Shown here: positions 1-15,042 of the stretch, in pieces | Numbering within the stretch: the stretch's first letter is position 1 | Layout: every line of letters begins with the position of its first letter | NCBI GenBank assembly: GCA_965223325.1 | Contig: CBDCWI010000002.1 | Coordinates: 2,624,001 to 2,688,000, forward strand | Direction of reading: 5' to 3' | Source of the DNA: Candidatus Multivoradales bacterium | GTDB lineage: Bacteria; Acidobacteriota; Thermoanaerobaculia; Multivoradales; Multivoraceae | DNA length: 64,000 nt | Notes under the pieces: generated by a model | Database searches by the model: none | What the model saw: only the letters and a program-made list of their open reading frames with translations | Told to the model about the DNA's origin: nothing | Made by a program: the position numbers and the translations under genes

Positions 1-427
1 CCAGGAGCCGAGCCTCGCGCCGAAAGCGGGATGCGCGTTCGGGCGAATCTGCCAGGCCAGAACGGATCACTTTCAAGGCCACTCGGCGCTTCAGGTTGGA
101 GTCTTCGGCCAGGAAGACTTCGCCCATTCCGCCCTGGCCCAACGCCCGCAGCACCCGGTAGTGGCCGAGCGTCTGGCCGACCAGTGGCCTCTCGCTTACT
201 CCGGATCGCTCACCAGCGAGTCGGCGCCAGTGGGAATCAAGCAACGTCAACGGATCAAGCGAGGGATCCTCTTCACAGTGTCGGCGAAGACGCTCGACCT
301 CATCCAGGAGAGAGAGGTCGCTGCCACAGGCCTCTTCGAGGAAGGCCGCTCGCTCCGATGCCTCGAGATCGAAGCAACGACGCAGGAGCGAATCGACCCT
401 CTCAAAACGCTCAAGCCCTGCAGCCAT
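1..427 (-). CDS. Ser/Thr protein kinase, N-terminal part (runs off the window start)
   Basis: Not in the ORF track. Manual translation from ATG at 427: MAAGLERFERVDSLL...RAAFLEEACGSD...GHYRVLRALGQGGMGEVFLAEDSNLKRRVALKVI...RFRREARLL, i.e. Hanks kinase subdomains I-III. Confidence 0.9.
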   Translation of the reverse strand, partial: MAAGLERFERVDSLLRRCFDLEASERAAFLEEACGSDLSLLDEVERLRRHCEEDPSLDPLTLLDSHWRRLAGERSGVSERPLVGQTLGHYRVLRALGQGGMGEVFLAEDSNLKRRVALKVIRSGLADSPERASRFRREARLL

Positions 428-481
428 GGGAGTAGCTTACAGCTCGGCAGACACGGCCTCTGAAAGACAGATGAGCCTGCC

Positions 482-1969
482 CTACTCCCTGCTATCGCTC
501 CAGCTCGACGGCTGCCCTGACTCGAAGTCGTCCGAGAAGAGACTCAACAGGAAGCGCTGGCCTCTGACCTCGGCATCGGAGGCCTCGTCCTCGGAACTCC
601 AAGTGATGAACAGGTCGCCCGGGGCTACCTGAACGATCTGGACCCGACCTTGATCGCCAGCGGTTCTGGTGTTGACCTGGAACTGATCACCAAGGAGGGC
701 GCCATCTGAACCCACGCGCTGCGCCTGGATGCTGCGCCCATCACTGTCGGAACCGGGGCTGCCAATGCTCACCCAAGCCACGAGATAGCTGCCATCGGGC
801 AGCGCAGCAGCGACGGGATTGTGCTGCTTGCTCGTCGTATAGGTATTGACCTGAAACACTTCGGTCAGCGACTGATCTCCGTCGTATAGCCGAGCGCGGA
901 TGCTCTTGTTCGACTGGTCCGAGCCGTTGGAAGGATCGCTCTCCCAGACCACCAGGTGGCGCGCGCCCCCGAGAAGCTCTAGTGCCACCGAGGGATCTTC
1001 CTGCGACCCCGCCGTGACGTCGTTTACGACCTGTACCGGTCCAAGTGGTGTCCCGTCGACAGCCAGCCAGCGCGAATGAATATCCGTCGGCCATCCGTCA
1101 GCACAATCGGTTACCCCCTCTACATGCTCCCAAGGAACAATCAAGCCCACGTCGGAGCTCCCAACGTTCGATACCGCTGGAGTCGTCGAGCGGATATCCG
1201 GGTCGGCCGGCGCGTCTCGTTGGTCGACATGCACGTTCGAGACCTCGGTACCCGAGTCGTCGAAGTGGGTCCATCGGATGCGCTCGTAGAGGAAAAAGGG
1301 CCTACCCTCGCGACGCTCATCCTGCCGCCGGTCGCAATGCAGGTCGTCGTTCGCAGAAGTATCCCAGACCACGGTGAAACCGTTGCCTGGGAGGTTCGCC
1401 AAAACCGGGGTTCCGTACTCGCCAAGCAGATCGGCGCCGAGGAGGACGAAATCAACCTGCGGTTCGGGTGCTGTGACGTTGACGTCGGCGACGTTTGTCA
1501 GCGAGTCATCGACCCCGTCACTGCGACCCTCGACCCACAGCACACGAACTCGTCCACCAGCCGCCGGACTCGCTCCGAGAAGATGGCAGCCTAGGTCGTA
1601 GGGTGACGTGCGCCCCACGTCGCAGCTTGCGACCTCGATGGGCGACCCGAGCGGCTCGCCTTCGGCGCCAAACTTTGCTGCCATGATGCGAACCGTTTGC
1701 AGTTCCCACAGGGGCGGAGGCACAGCCGGACCGTCATCCCACACCACGACGAGGTGTTCATCATCGAGGGAGGCCGTCGCACGGTACTCGTACGAGATAT
1801 GCGTAGAGCCGGCGCTGATGTACTCAGCAAAACTGAGCCCGGTGACCAGGCTTTGCTCATCCCCAACCGGCACGAGCCCCTCACCCGCGTTAACGGTCGC
1901 AGCACCAGCAAACAGCAGTGCACACCAGATCTCCAGGCAACGTCTGGCATTCATCAGCGCCTCCTTCAC
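482..1969 (-). CDS. Secreted protein with FQVNT-type repeats (probably beta-propeller-like) and a C-terminal FxDxFE motif
   Basis: Signal peptide; repeats FQVNTYTTSKQHNP..LVAW, FQVNTRTAGDQ..FITW, QVVNDVTAGSQEDPSV..LVVW; ends LFSDDFESGQPSSWSDSRE. Confidence 0.75.
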   Translation of the reverse strand: MKEALMNARRCLEIWCALLFAGAATVNAGEGLVPVGDEQSLVTGLSFAEYISAGSTHISYEYRATASLDDEHLVVVWDDGPAVPPPLWELQTVRIMAAKFGAEGEPLGSPIEVASCDVGRTSPYDLGCHLLGASPAAGGRVRVLWVEGRSDGVDDSLTNVADVNVTAPEPQVDFVLLGADLLGEYGTPVLANLPGNGFTVVWDTSANDDLHCDRRQDERREGRPFFLYERIRWTHFDDSGTEVSNVHVDQRDAPADPDIRSTTPAVSNVGSSDVGLIVPWEHVEGVTDCADGWPTDIHSRWLAVDGTPLGPVQVVNDVTAGSQEDPSVALELLGGARHLVVWESDPSNGSDQSNKSIRARLYDGDQSLTEVFQVNTYTTSKQHNPVAAALPDGSYLVAWVSIGSPGSDSDGRSIQAQRVGSDGALLGDQFQVNTRTAGDQGRVQIVQVAPGDLFITWSSEDEASDAEVRGQRFLLSLFSDDFESGQPSSWSDSRE

Positions 1970-2335
1970 TTGGTGGCTGCTCCAGCCTCCCGATCCTAGC
2001 AGGTGGGAGCCACGCGCGACGGCCTACCAGGCCGCTCTGCACTCCTATCTGGACGGGAGGGAAGCTGCGCTCGCCAGAACCGCCTGGTGCGGACGGCTCG
2101 GGCCTCCGTGATAGAAAAACGCCCTAGCAATACCTGTCAAGGCGCTGCCTATAGGTACCGATGGAGCAAGGGGCACCGGGTTCCACCCGCCTCGGGTGAG
2201 GGTTCGGGGCCACCATGGGTAGGCCAGCTCGTCGCCGCGAAGCACCGGACTCTGAGGTCTGTCCTTGTCCGGAGGGGGCCGCGAGCCTCGGCTTCCGCTG
2301 TTTGCCATGACTGCAACCAGAAGGGGATTCGGAAC

Positions 2336-3820
2336 ATGGATCAGTACCTCGTGCCTACACCAAAACAACGAGCGGTGCTTCTCCTCCTGCCGCTCGTCGC
2401 CGCGGCCCTGTTGACGACGACTCGGCCGCTCGAGGCCCAGGAAACAAACGCCACCAACGCCCTGGGAGGCATTCTGGGGACCTGCAGCAACATGGTCTTC
2501 GAGGGCAATGGCAACGCCGCCCCGGACCTGTTTGCGCGCTGCAGCGAGATCGTGTTTCGTGGCGACCTGGACTCGGCCATCGTCGTCTCGCGCGATGAGA
2601 TCACCGCCCAGGGACACCACGCCAACGAACTTGCCGGGGAGCAACAGCGCAATCTTTCGTTGCGGATGAGCGAGCTTCGTCGGGGAGGTGGAACTTCGGT
2701 CGCCCACCTGTTCGGATCGCTCGATACCCGTACCCACCCGGCGCTCGCAAAAGCGTCCATGGCACAGCAGGTGGGTGGTGCACCCGTCGACGACCAGGCG
2801 AGCCGGGTGGGCCTGTTCGTCAACGGCGAGGCGAGCTTCGGTGACCGCGACGCTCAGGGCAACGATGTCGGCTTCGACATCGACACCATGGGAATTACCG
2901 TAGGCCTCGACTACCGGTTTTCAGACCGCTTCTTCGGCGGCATCGCCCTTGGCCTGTCCGAGACCGACGCCGACCTGACCGGCACGCAGATGTTCGCCGG
3001 CAACGGCCGCGGCACCCTCGATATCGATGGCGTGAGTGTCTCCCTCTACGGCAGCCTGAGTCTCTCGGACACCTGGTTCCTGGAAGGCAACCTGACCTCC
3101 GGGCAGAACGACTACGACACGCTGACCGAGATCAACTACGACATCGGGAACGTGACGGCCACCGTCGAGAACGGTCAGATCGTTCCGATCCTGCTCGGCG
3201 GCACCACCTCGGTGCGTCAGCAGGCGGTCGGTGAAACCGAAGGCGACCTCTTGTCCGGCCGACTCGGTATCGGCAACGAGTGGCGCAGTGGCGCCTGGGG
3301 TATCCAGACCGGCGTCAGCGCCACCTATACCGAGGTCGAGATCGATGCCTATGACGAGCGCATGCTCGGCCAGGGTGCCGGCAGCGAGTTGGCGATCGGC
3401 GTCGACGACCGGGAAATCGAATCCCTCATTGGTGAGTTGGAGCTCTTGTTCTCCTATACGAACCTGACGAACTGGGGTGCCTTCGAGCCGGTGCTGGCGC
3501 TGGGCTACAAGAACCAGTTCGAGGACGATCCGCGCGTCATCGGAACCGAGCTCGTCTCGGATCCGAATCGCGGCAACAGGAACTCGGTCGCCTCACCGGG
3601 CCATCCGCTACAAGACGTCGCGGGACTGCCGCCGGGCACCTACCCCAAGGACCTCACCGTGCTGACCGAGGAGCCAGAGGGCGACTGGTTCGTAGCCGGC
3701 CTTGGCTTCACAGCGGTTTTTCGAGGCGGCAACCAGTTCTTCATGTTCTGGGACACCTACCTCGGTCACGATGTGCTTTCGCTCAACCGCTTCTCGGCAG
3801 GCTTCCGCCTGGAGTTCTAG
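2336..3820 (+). CDS. Autotransporter-type outer-membrane beta-barrel protein with a very short passenger
   Basis: ATG at 2336 after AAGGGGA; signal peptide; amphipathic strands (GITVGLDYRFSDRFFGGIALG); C-terminal aromatic BAM signal (AGFRLEF). Confidence 0.85.
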   Translation: MDQYLVPTPKQRAVLLLLPLVAAALLTTTRPLEAQETNATNALGGILGTCSNMVFEGNGNAAPDLFARCSEIVFRGDLDSAIVVSRDEITAQGHHANELAGEQQRNLSLRMSELRRGGGTSVAHLFGSLDTRTHPALAKASMAQQVGGAPVDDQASRVGLFVNGEASFGDRDAQGNDVGFDIDTMGITVGLDYRFSDRFFGGIALGLSETDADLTGTQMFAGNGRGTLDIDGVSVSLYGSLSLSDTWFLEGNLTSGQNDYDTLTEINYDIGNVTATVENGQIVPILLGGTTSVRQQAVGETEGDLLSGRLGIGNEWRSGAWGIQTGVSATYTEVEIDAYDERMLGQGAGSELAIGVDDREIESLIGELELLFSYTNLTNWGAFEPVLALGYKNQFEDDPRVIGTELVSDPNRGNRNSVASPGHPLQDVAGLPPGTYPKDLTVLTEEPEGDWFVAGLGFTAVFRGGNQFFMFWDTYLGHDVLSLNRFSAGFRLEF

Positions 3821-3880
3821 CGTTTCATCGGACTCCGGGGCCCTCCCCCGCCGGGCCTGCTCGCTAAACTGCGGGTCTCC

Positions 3881-8164
<4,284 letters not shown>

Positions 8165-8179
8165 TAGGTTGAGCGAATC

Positions 8180-9757
8180 ATGCTCCCACAAGGGCTCCAG
8201 GGCCTCTGGCCTAGGCCTTTTCGGTATTGGGTCATCACCGTCGTCAGCCTGCTCGGCTGCTTGTACGGCTCGCTCGTTTCTCCGGTTGGCGCTCAAAGCG
8301 CCACCGACGACGCAGCTCGCTTCGAGGTCGAGGAGTTCGCCATTGTCGACTGCCTCCTGCCGGGGCGGACCACCCGCATCGGCAAGTCGAGAGTCAAAGG
8401 GCCGCGCCGCGCCACGAAGACGAGTGCCCGCGATTGCAACATCCGCGGAGGCGAGCATGTCGCGTACGACCGCGCCGACTGCCGAACGTCGCTTAAGTTC
8501 TGGCAGGACCGCGCCGAAACCGGCGACTCGGAGGCCGCCTTCTATGTCGGCCAGCTGCTCGAGCGAGGGTGTGAAGGGCTGGCGCCTGATCCGAGCAAAG
8601 CTGTCAGCTGGTATGAACGCGCCCTCGAGCACGGTTCTCGGCCCGCGCGACTAGCGCTCGCCGGGCTCTACGATCGCGGCCACGGCGTAGAGAAGGATCC
8701 AGGAAAAGCCATGGCACTTCTCCGCCAAGACCTGCCTGACGAGGTCACCTTGATCGACACGCAAGAGTTCGCTGAACTCGAAAGCGCAGCTCGAAGAGCC
8801 GACGACAGGGCGGATGATCTCGAGCAGCAGCTGCTTAAAGCAGAGCAGCAGCTCGAGGCCAGTGACACCAACCGCGAGACTCTCAGTCGCTCGGTCACCA
8901 GACTGGAGGCGGAGCTCGGCGAGGCGCGCGATCGCCAGGCCAGCACCCAACAGCTGGTCGAGCAACTCGAGAGGCAGTTGCTGGCGCCACCCCCCGAAAA
9001 AGCGCCAAGGCCGACCTCGCTTGACTTCGGCACGTACCACGCCCTGGTCATCGGCAATTCCGACTACCAACATCTCGACCCGATTCCGCAAGCCGCCAGC
9101 TACGCCCAGTCGGTCGCCTCCCTGCTCGAAAGGCGTTACGACTTCCGCGTCCAGCGGCTGATGAACGCCACCTACGAAGCGCTCTACCGCAAGCTCGAAA
9201 CTCTCAGAGGCGAGCTAACAGAAGACGACAACCTGCTGATCTACTACGTTGGAAGCAGCTTTCGCGAATCGGGCCGCAGCTATTGGCATCCGGTCGATGC
9301 CGAAGACGAGGCCAGCCGCTTCAACTGGCTCGAGGTTGAGCGACACTTGTCGAGCGTTATCGACGTCATTCCCGCGCGGCAGCTGCTGGTTGTCGCAGAC
9401 GCTGCGTTCGAGGGCGTGCGGGTGCGCTCGGCGGTGCCACAACTGCCGGTCGGCATGAGCGCGCGCCAGAGGAAGAAGCACATGGAGGACATGTTGAAGC
9501 GCCGCAGCCGTATGGTCATGGCGTCCGGAAAAGGGCCTTCTCCGTTCTCTCCCGCTCTCGTCGGATGTCTCGAAGAGAATCGAGCGATTGCCGGGGCATC
9601 CCGCATCTACGGTTGCGTTCTGGCCAGGATGCGGCAGAACACAAGCTCCGCCAGCTCGGACACCTCGCGCTACGCGCCGATTCGCTGGGGACAGAGTGAC
9701 GCCAACAGCGACTTCTTCTTCGTCCCCACGAAGCCCAGCCGCGCCGGAGCCCACTGA
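8180..9757 (+). CDS. Secreted Sel1-repeat / coiled-coil / catalytically degenerate caspase-like protein
   Basis: Signal peptide; Cys-rich N-terminus; Sel1 repeats (AAFYVGQLLERG, LALAGLYDRGHGVEKD); C14-like domain with YYVGSS and VADAA in place of the HG and DSC motifs. Confidence 0.85.
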   Translation: MLPQGLQGLWPRPFRYWVITVVSLLGCLYGSLVSPVGAQSATDDAARFEVEEFAIVDCLLPGRTTRIGKSRVKGPRRATKTSARDCNIRGGEHVAYDRADCRTSLKFWQDRAETGDSEAAFYVGQLLERGCEGLAPDPSKAVSWYERALEHGSRPARLALAGLYDRGHGVEKDPGKAMALLRQDLPDEVTLIDTQEFAELESAARRADDRADDLEQQLLKAEQQLEASDTNRETLSRSVTRLEAELGEARDRQASTQQLVEQLERQLLAPPPEKAPRPTSLDFGTYHALVIGNSDYQHLDPIPQAASYAQSVASLLERRYDFRVQRLMNATYEALYRKLETLRGELTEDDNLLIYYVGSSFRESGRSYWHPVDAEDEASRFNWLEVERHLSSVIDVIPARQLLVVADAAFEGVRVRSAVPQLPVGMSARQRKKHMEDMLKRRSRMVMASGKGPSPFSPALVGCLEENRAIAGASRIYGCVLARMRQNTSSASSDTSRYAPIRWGQSDANSDFFFVPTKPSRAGAH

Positions 9758-9814
9758 GAGCCGCGACCCGGCGCTCCGGCCAGGGGTGTTCTCGAATCTG
9801 GCTATCATGGGCAG

Positions 9815-10264
9815 ATGAGCACACCACAAGAGAAGATCGAGGCCGATATCAAGGAGGCCATGAAGGCGCGCGACAACGTGCGACTGGGGACTCTGCGGAT
9901 GGTTCTCACGCAGATCAAGAACGACACGATTGCCAAGGGCGAGGAGCTCACAGACGAAGCATTCCTGGCCGTCGTGCGAAAGCAGATCAAGCAGCGCCAG
10001 GAGGCGGCTTCGCAGTACAAGAAGGGCGGGCGCGAAGAGTTGGCGGCCAAAGAGGAAGCAGAGATTGCGTTTCTCGAGCCCTACTTGCCGGCACAGGTTC
10101 CCGAGGCCGAGGTGCGCGAGGCGGTCGCGGCGTTCATCAGCGAGAACGGTCTCGAGGGCATGCAGTCGATGGGCCGGGTGATGGGCGCGATGAAAAAGCG
10201 CTTCGGCGCAACCGCCGATGCAGGGATGATCAGCGGCATTGCGAAGGAAATCCTGAGCGGCTGA
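9815..10264 (+). CDS. GatB/YqeY domain protein
   Basis: IKEAMKARD..RLGTLR, KQIKQRQEAASQY..GGREELA.KE..EI..L..YLP.Q, MGRVMG. Confidence 0.92.
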   Translation: MSTPQEKIEADIKEAMKARDNVRLGTLRMVLTQIKNDTIAKGEELTDEAFLAVVRKQIKQRQEAASQYKKGGREELAAKEEAEIAFLEPYLPAQVPEAEVREAVAAFISENGLEGMQSMGRVMGAMKKRFGATADAGMISGIAKEILSG

Positions 10265-10283
10265 AGCACGTTCACCCCACCTC

Positions 10284-12203
10284 ATGAACCGAGTCATTGT
10301 TGGCACCGCAGGCCACATCGATCACGGCAAAACGACGCTCGTCAAAGCGCTGACGGGAGTCGACTGTGACCGTTGGCAGGAAGAGAAAGAGCGTGGCATC
10401 ACGATCGATCTCGGCTTTGCACACCTGACGGCAGACGGTCCTGGTGGTGAACCACTGCAGATTGGTTTTGTGGATGTTCCCGGGCATGAGCGCTTCGTAC
10501 ACAACGCTCTCGCGGGCCTTGGAGGCATTCGTTTGATGATGCTGGTAGTGGCGGCTGACGAAGGAGTGAAGCCGCAGACCCAAGAGCATCTAGCGATTTG
10601 CTCATTGCTCGACATTCCGGCCGGCCTGGTGGCGCTCTCCAAGAGCGATCTGGTCGACGGAGAGTTGCTCGAGCTGGCGCAGCTGGAACTCGAAGAGGCG
10701 CTCGTCGGAACGCCTTTCGAAAAGGCACCAATCGTTCCGGTCTCGGCAACAACGGGGGCAGGTGTGCCCGAGCTGCGCGAGCAGTTGGTGGCTCTGGCGG
10801 CCGCTGCCCCGGCCATCACGCCACTCGAGCAGCTACCCGCGCGCCTGCCGATCGATCGCAGTTTCGTTCTGCAGGGTCTCGGCACGATCGTGACGGGGAC
10901 TCTCATGACTGGGCGAATCAGCGCCGGCGACCAGCTCGACGCCCTTCCAGGTGACCTATCGGTGCGCGTGCGCAGCGTGCAGGTGCACGGCGAAGAGCGT
11001 GAGCATGCGGTTGCTGGCGAGCGCACTTCGCTTCAGATCACCGGCGCCTCGAGCGCGGAACTGTCGCGCGGCCTCCACCTCGTCGAACCCGGGCGATTCA
11101 GGAGCTCGCACAGTTTGCTGGTGCGCCTTGACCTGCTTCCCAACGCGCCAAAGTCGATCCGGGGCTTTGCGCCGGTGCGCTTTCATCTGACCTCGAGCGA
11201 AAGAGTTGGCAAGATGCGACCGCTCGGAGTCGACAAACTCAACCCGGGCGAGCAGGCGGTGGTGGAAATCCGTCTCGATCGGCGCGTACCGGCGGTGCGC
11301 GGCGATCGGTTCATCGTGCGGAGGCCATCGCCGCAAACCACGCTCGGCGGCGGTGTGGTGCTCGACCCTCTCTGGCTGAGGAGACGGGGAGCCTCACTCG
11401 AAACGGCTCTGGCAGGCCTTGGAGGACCCGACGCCGAAGCTCTCTCGACCTGGGTTCGACTCGCCGGTGCGGCGGGCATGGAGCCCGCCGAGCTGGCGCG
11501 GCGGATCGGTAACCAGGAAAGCGTGGTGACGACGCTTCTCGAGCCGGCCATCGAAATCGGAAACGTGTTTCTCGTGCCGGCCGGCGCCGGGCATGGAGCA
11601 CGGTACGTACACAGCGAGTCCTGGCAGACCATCGAGGTGCGCGCCCCGCAGGTGCTCAAGGACTACTTCAAGCGCGAACCGCTGACCCATGGCATGCCGA
11701 AGGCCGAAGCCAAGAAACGCCTGGCCCCTGGCCGCGCCGCGCTCCTGGCCGACGCCTGGCTCGAGCGCCTGGCGGCGGCGAAACGCATCGTGATCCGCGG
11801 CGACCTGGTCGACCTGCCGGGACGCGCAAACCCGATCGCCGGTTCCGATGCCAAGCTCTCGGCGTCGATTCTCCAGGCTTTCGAGCAGGCCGGCCTCGCT
11901 CCCCCGTCGCCGAACGACGTTTGCCACCAGCTCAACGCCAAAAAGCAGATCTTCGACGGGGTTCTCAAGTACCTCATCCGCGACGGACGACTGGTACGCC
12001 TGCCCGGGGACCTTCTCATCGCCGCCGCTGCAGTCGAGACGCTGGTCGCCGACGTGCGAGGAGCGAGCTGGCAAGGGTTCTCGGTGCCAGAGTTCAAGGA
12101 CCGCTTCGGTTTGACCCGCAAATGGGCAATACCGCTGCTCGAGCATCTCGACAAACTCCGGGTCACGCGGCGCCAGGGCGATCGCCGACAGGTGCTGCGC
12201 TAG
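10284..12203 (+). CDS. selB: Selenocysteine-specific translation elongation factor SelB
   Basis: [33 protein letters not shown]-terminal winged helix [20 protein letters not shown]. Confidence 0.97.
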   Translation: MNRVIVGTAGHIDHGKTTLVKALTGVDCDRWQEEKERGITIDLGFAHLTADGPGGEPLQIGFVDVPGHERFVHNALAGLGGIRLMMLVVAADEGVKPQTQEHLAICSLLDIPAGLVALSKSDLVDGELLELAQLELEEALVGTPFEKAPIVPVSATTGAGVPELREQLVALAAAAPAITPLEQLPARLPIDRSFVLQGLGTIVTGTLMTGRISAGDQLDALPGDLSVRVRSVQVHGEEREHAVAGERTSLQITGASSAELSRGLHLVEPGRFRSSHSLLVRLDLLPNAPKSIRGFAPVRFHLTSSERVGKMRPLGVDKLNPGEQAVVEIRLDRRVPAVRGDRFIVRRPSPQTTLGGGVVLDPLWLRRRGASLETALAGLGGPDAEALSTWVRLAGAAGMEPAELARRIGNQESVVTTLLEPAIEIGNVFLVPAGAGHGARYVHSESWQTIEVRAPQVLKDYFKREPLTHGMPKAEAKKRLAPGRAALLADAWLERLAAAKRIVIRGDLVDLPGRANPIAGSDAKLSASILQAFEQAGLAPPSPNDVCHQLNAKKQIFDGVLKYLIRDGRLVRLPGDLLIAAAAVETLVADVRGASWQGFSVPEFKDRFGLTRKWAIPLLEHLDKLRVTRRQGDRRQVLR

Positions 12204-12273
12204 CGGGTCGTATGATCACGCAGAGGCGGAAGCGGAAGGCCCACACCAACACATCCAGCTGCATGGAGTCAGG

Positions 12274-14745
12274 ATGAGCGAGATCTGGAAAGTCGCGAGG
12301 CGGCTCGTGGAGCGACGACCCCTAAACAGCATCGCCACGGTGATCATCCTCGCCATGGCGCTTGCTCTCGTACTTCCCACCTACAGCCTTCGTGACGGCG
12401 CACTCGACCGTGGGCTCCCGGTTCCCAACGGCAAGCGCATCGTCGCCCTGTCGTCGGGCGCGAGCCCGCTCTATCCGTCACGCATCGACGACTTCGCCTT
12501 CCTCGCTGCCGAAATGGAGTCGCTCGAGGAACTGGCGGCCTTTCGAAGCTTCAACACTTCGGTAACTCCCACCTCAGGCGTTACCGAGGTCCTGCACGGC
12601 TCGTACGTCTCCCACAACACCTTCTCGATGTTGGGAGTCGAACCGCGACTCGGGCGGCCATTCGACGCTGCCGACGCCCTTCCCAGCCAACCCGACGTCG
12701 CGGCGATCAGCTATGACTTCTGGCAGAGGCGCTTCGGCGGTGATCCAGGTGTTCTCGGGAGCGAAATCATCGTCAACCGCGCGCCGGCCTCGATCGTTGC
12801 CGTCATGCCAAGAGACTTTGCCTTCCCCATTCGACAAGACATCTGGGGTGTCCTGCGCGCCGAGGGGCGTTCCTGGTCGAAGTCCGGGGTGTTCGTGATT
12901 GGGCGTTTGCCCGCCGAGGGAGAGGCCGCGATGGAAACCGCGCGGGCCGAGTTCACAGCCCTCGTTCCGGCTCTCAACGAAGCCCTACCGAACCCAACCG
13001 ACGGCAGCTACCCAGAACGCCAGGCCTATCTCGCATCCTTCGTCGAGTCCGTCATGGACCCGGGTACCGTACGCGCGCTGCGCCTGATGACCTTTGCCTC
13101 GCTGTTCGTCTTTCTGGCGGCGTGCGTCAACGTTGCACAACTGCGCGCCGCCTCGGCGCTCGGCAACCTTCACCAGACCGCGATTCGCCGCTCGCTGGGA
13201 GCGAGCACTTTCGCCATCGTGCGCGAGCACCTGCTCGAGGTCTGCTTGCTGGTACTCGCCGCCGCCTCGCTTGGCCTCCTCGCGTCGTGGGCGGTGATTC
13301 GAGTGCTCGGCGACGTCGTCATCAACGGCAGCCCGCTCCAGAACCTGTTCTGGGTGGACCTCCGCCTGGACACTGAGATCATTGCCTTGGCCCTGGGTCT
13401 CGCTCTCGCCGGCGCAGCTCTCGGTGGCCTCCTACCGGCCCTCCTCGCAGCCCGCGAGGGCAAGAAGGTCCGAGCAATCGGCGGTTTCGCTGGACGAGCC
13501 TCGGGCTCGAAGAAACGCGCTGCCATCGCCAAGACATTCATCGCCTCCGAGGTCGCGCTGACCCTGGTCCTACTGGCCGGAACGGCCGTCATGGTGCGCG
13601 CCTCGATCGATCTCCTGCAGCCGAGGCTCGGCTTCAACCCCGACAACCTGGCTAGCGCCGTGATCTCGTCGTATCACGCTGAATGGCAGAGTGACGAGGA
13701 AGCCGCCGCATTCTCCAAACGCTTCATCGAAACCCTGAACGCCGATCCCGAAGTCACGAGTGCTGCCTGGGGCAACGCACCCTGGCACTCCTGGACCCGC
13801 GTTCCAATGTCGGTCGAAGGCGAAACCTGGGATACGCCCAGTCCCACTACCCACGTGCAGCCCGGTGCACCCATCTTCTCTGACATGCCGAGAGTCAAAC
13901 GCCTCTCCGGCAACGTGCAGTACCTCGAAACCGTAGGCCTCGAGCTCCTCTACGGGCAACGGATCGAACCCCGTGACCACACCAGCGCCCCAGGCGACGA
14001 GGGCGGTTTCGCCAGAGCAATGGTCTCGAAGTCGCTAGCCGAAGATCGCTTCGGCGGACAGCCCCTGGGCAAGACCTTCACCCTGCACAGCAACAACCAG
14101 CAGGAGACATACCAGATCGTCGGCGTCGTCGCCGACCTCGGAACCGACCACGAAGCTTTGGTCCAGAACCCAGAGCACGCCGTCTTCACTGAAGGCCGGG
14201 CACAAGACGGGGGCTTGATCACCCTGCGCACAAGAACCGGAAGAGCCGCCCTCGCCCCGATCATCAACCGCGCCATCGCCAAGGTCGACCGCCGCGTCGG
14301 CAGCCCCCGTCAAGAAACCTTCGACCAGGCCTTCGCCGCCCAGACCTGGGTCCAGAGAAGCCTCACCCAGGCCTTCAGCACCTTCGGCCTCGCCACCCTC
14401 ATCCTCGTCATCGCCGGCATCTACGCCCTGCTCTCGAGCATGGTGCACCGCCGCACACGCGAGTTCGGAATTCGCACCGCCCTGGGCGCCCTACCGCGAA
14501 ACCTCAGACAACTCGTCCTCAGCGACCTCACCACTGGCCTCACGATCGGTCTCCTCACCGGCACCGCCATCTGCATCGGCCTGGCCCGCTACCTCGAGCC
14601 CGTCGCCCTCGGCTATCACCAACACCTCGCAACCGCCGTAGCCATCGCCGCCCTCCTCCTACTCGCCGCCTCACTCCTCGCCAGCCTCAAACCCTTGAGA
14701 CGCGCGACAAGGATCGACCCAGCCGACTGCATGCGTGCCGAGTAG
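12274..14745 (+). CDS. Duplicated MacB/FtsX-type ABC permease (ADOP-like)
   Basis: Two periplasmic+FtsX repeats; LGRPF, WQRRFGGDP, ACVNVA, RRTREFGIRTALGA, RRATRIDP..MRAE. Confidence 0.88.
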   Translation: MSEIWKVARRLVERRPLNSIATVIILAMALALVLPTYSLRDGALDRGLPVPNGKRIVALSSGASPLYPSRIDDFAFLAAEMESLEELAAFRSFNTSVTPTSGVTEVLHGSYVSHNTFSMLGVEPRLGRPFDAADALPSQPDVAAISYDFWQRRFGGDPGVLGSEIIVNRAPASIVAVMPRDFAFPIRQDIWGVLRAEGRSWSKSGVFVIGRLPAEGEAAMETARAEFTALVPALNEALPNPTDGSYPERQAYLASFVESVMDPGTVRALRLMTFASLFVFLAACVNVAQLRAASALGNLHQTAIRRSLGASTFAIVREHLLEVCLLVLAAASLGLLASWAVIRVLGDVVINGSPLQNLFWVDLRLDTEIIALALGLALAGAALGGLLPALLAAREGKKVRAIGGFAGRASGSKKRAAIAKTFIASEVALTLVLLAGTAVMVRASIDLLQPRLGFNPDNLASAVISSYHAEWQSDEEAAAFSKRFIETLNADPEVTSAAWGNAPWHSWTRVPMSVEGETWDTPSPTTHVQPGAPIFSDMPRVKRLSGNVQYLETVGLELLYGQRIEPRDHTSAPGDEGGFARAMVSKSLAEDRFGGQPLGKTFTLHSNNQQETYQIVGVVADLGTDHEALVQNPEHAVFTEGRAQDGGLITLRTRTGRAALAPIINRAIAKVDRRVGSPRQETFDQAFAAQTWVQRSLTQAFSTFGLATLILVIAGIYALLSSMVHRRTREFGIRTALGALPRNLRQLVLSDLTTGLTIGLLTGTAICIGLARYLEPVALGYHQHLATAVAIAALLLLAASLLASLKPLRRATRIDPADCMRAE

Positions 14746-14897
14746 GGCGAGCCAACCAACGGACTCATGGAACGAGCATCGTAACCATCCACAACCATCC
14801 ACACGGCGCCAGGTCAACGCCCCCACAAGCGCGATGAGCCGAAGGCTCGAGCGCACCCCAGACCCCAACGAAGAGCGTTCCGGCTAGGACACCGAGA

Positions 14898-15042
14898 GGT
14901 TGAGGGCCTGAGGCATGCGCCAGGGAGCGGTCAGCCGCAAACCATCAGCGCCAACAACGCAACGCCACCAAGGCCCAACCAAACGAGCACACCGGCCCGG
15001 CCCAGACCCGGCGCGGAAGGCGCATGCCTCCGGTCCTCAACC
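14898..15042. repeat. Intergenic 24-bp imperfect inverted repeat
   Basis: ggttgagggcctgaggcatgcgcc (14898-14921) versus ggcgcatgcctccggtcctcaacc (15019-15042), 22/24 complementary, between convergent genes. Confidence 0.7.

Noticed and set aside
31-463. Plus-strand ORFs 31-435 and 161-463
   Set aside because: The minus strand encodes a clear kinase N-terminus.
1970-2335. Long GC-rich intergenic region as a riboswitch or ncRNA
   Set aside because: No riboswitch consensus recognised by eye; an Rfam scan would be needed.
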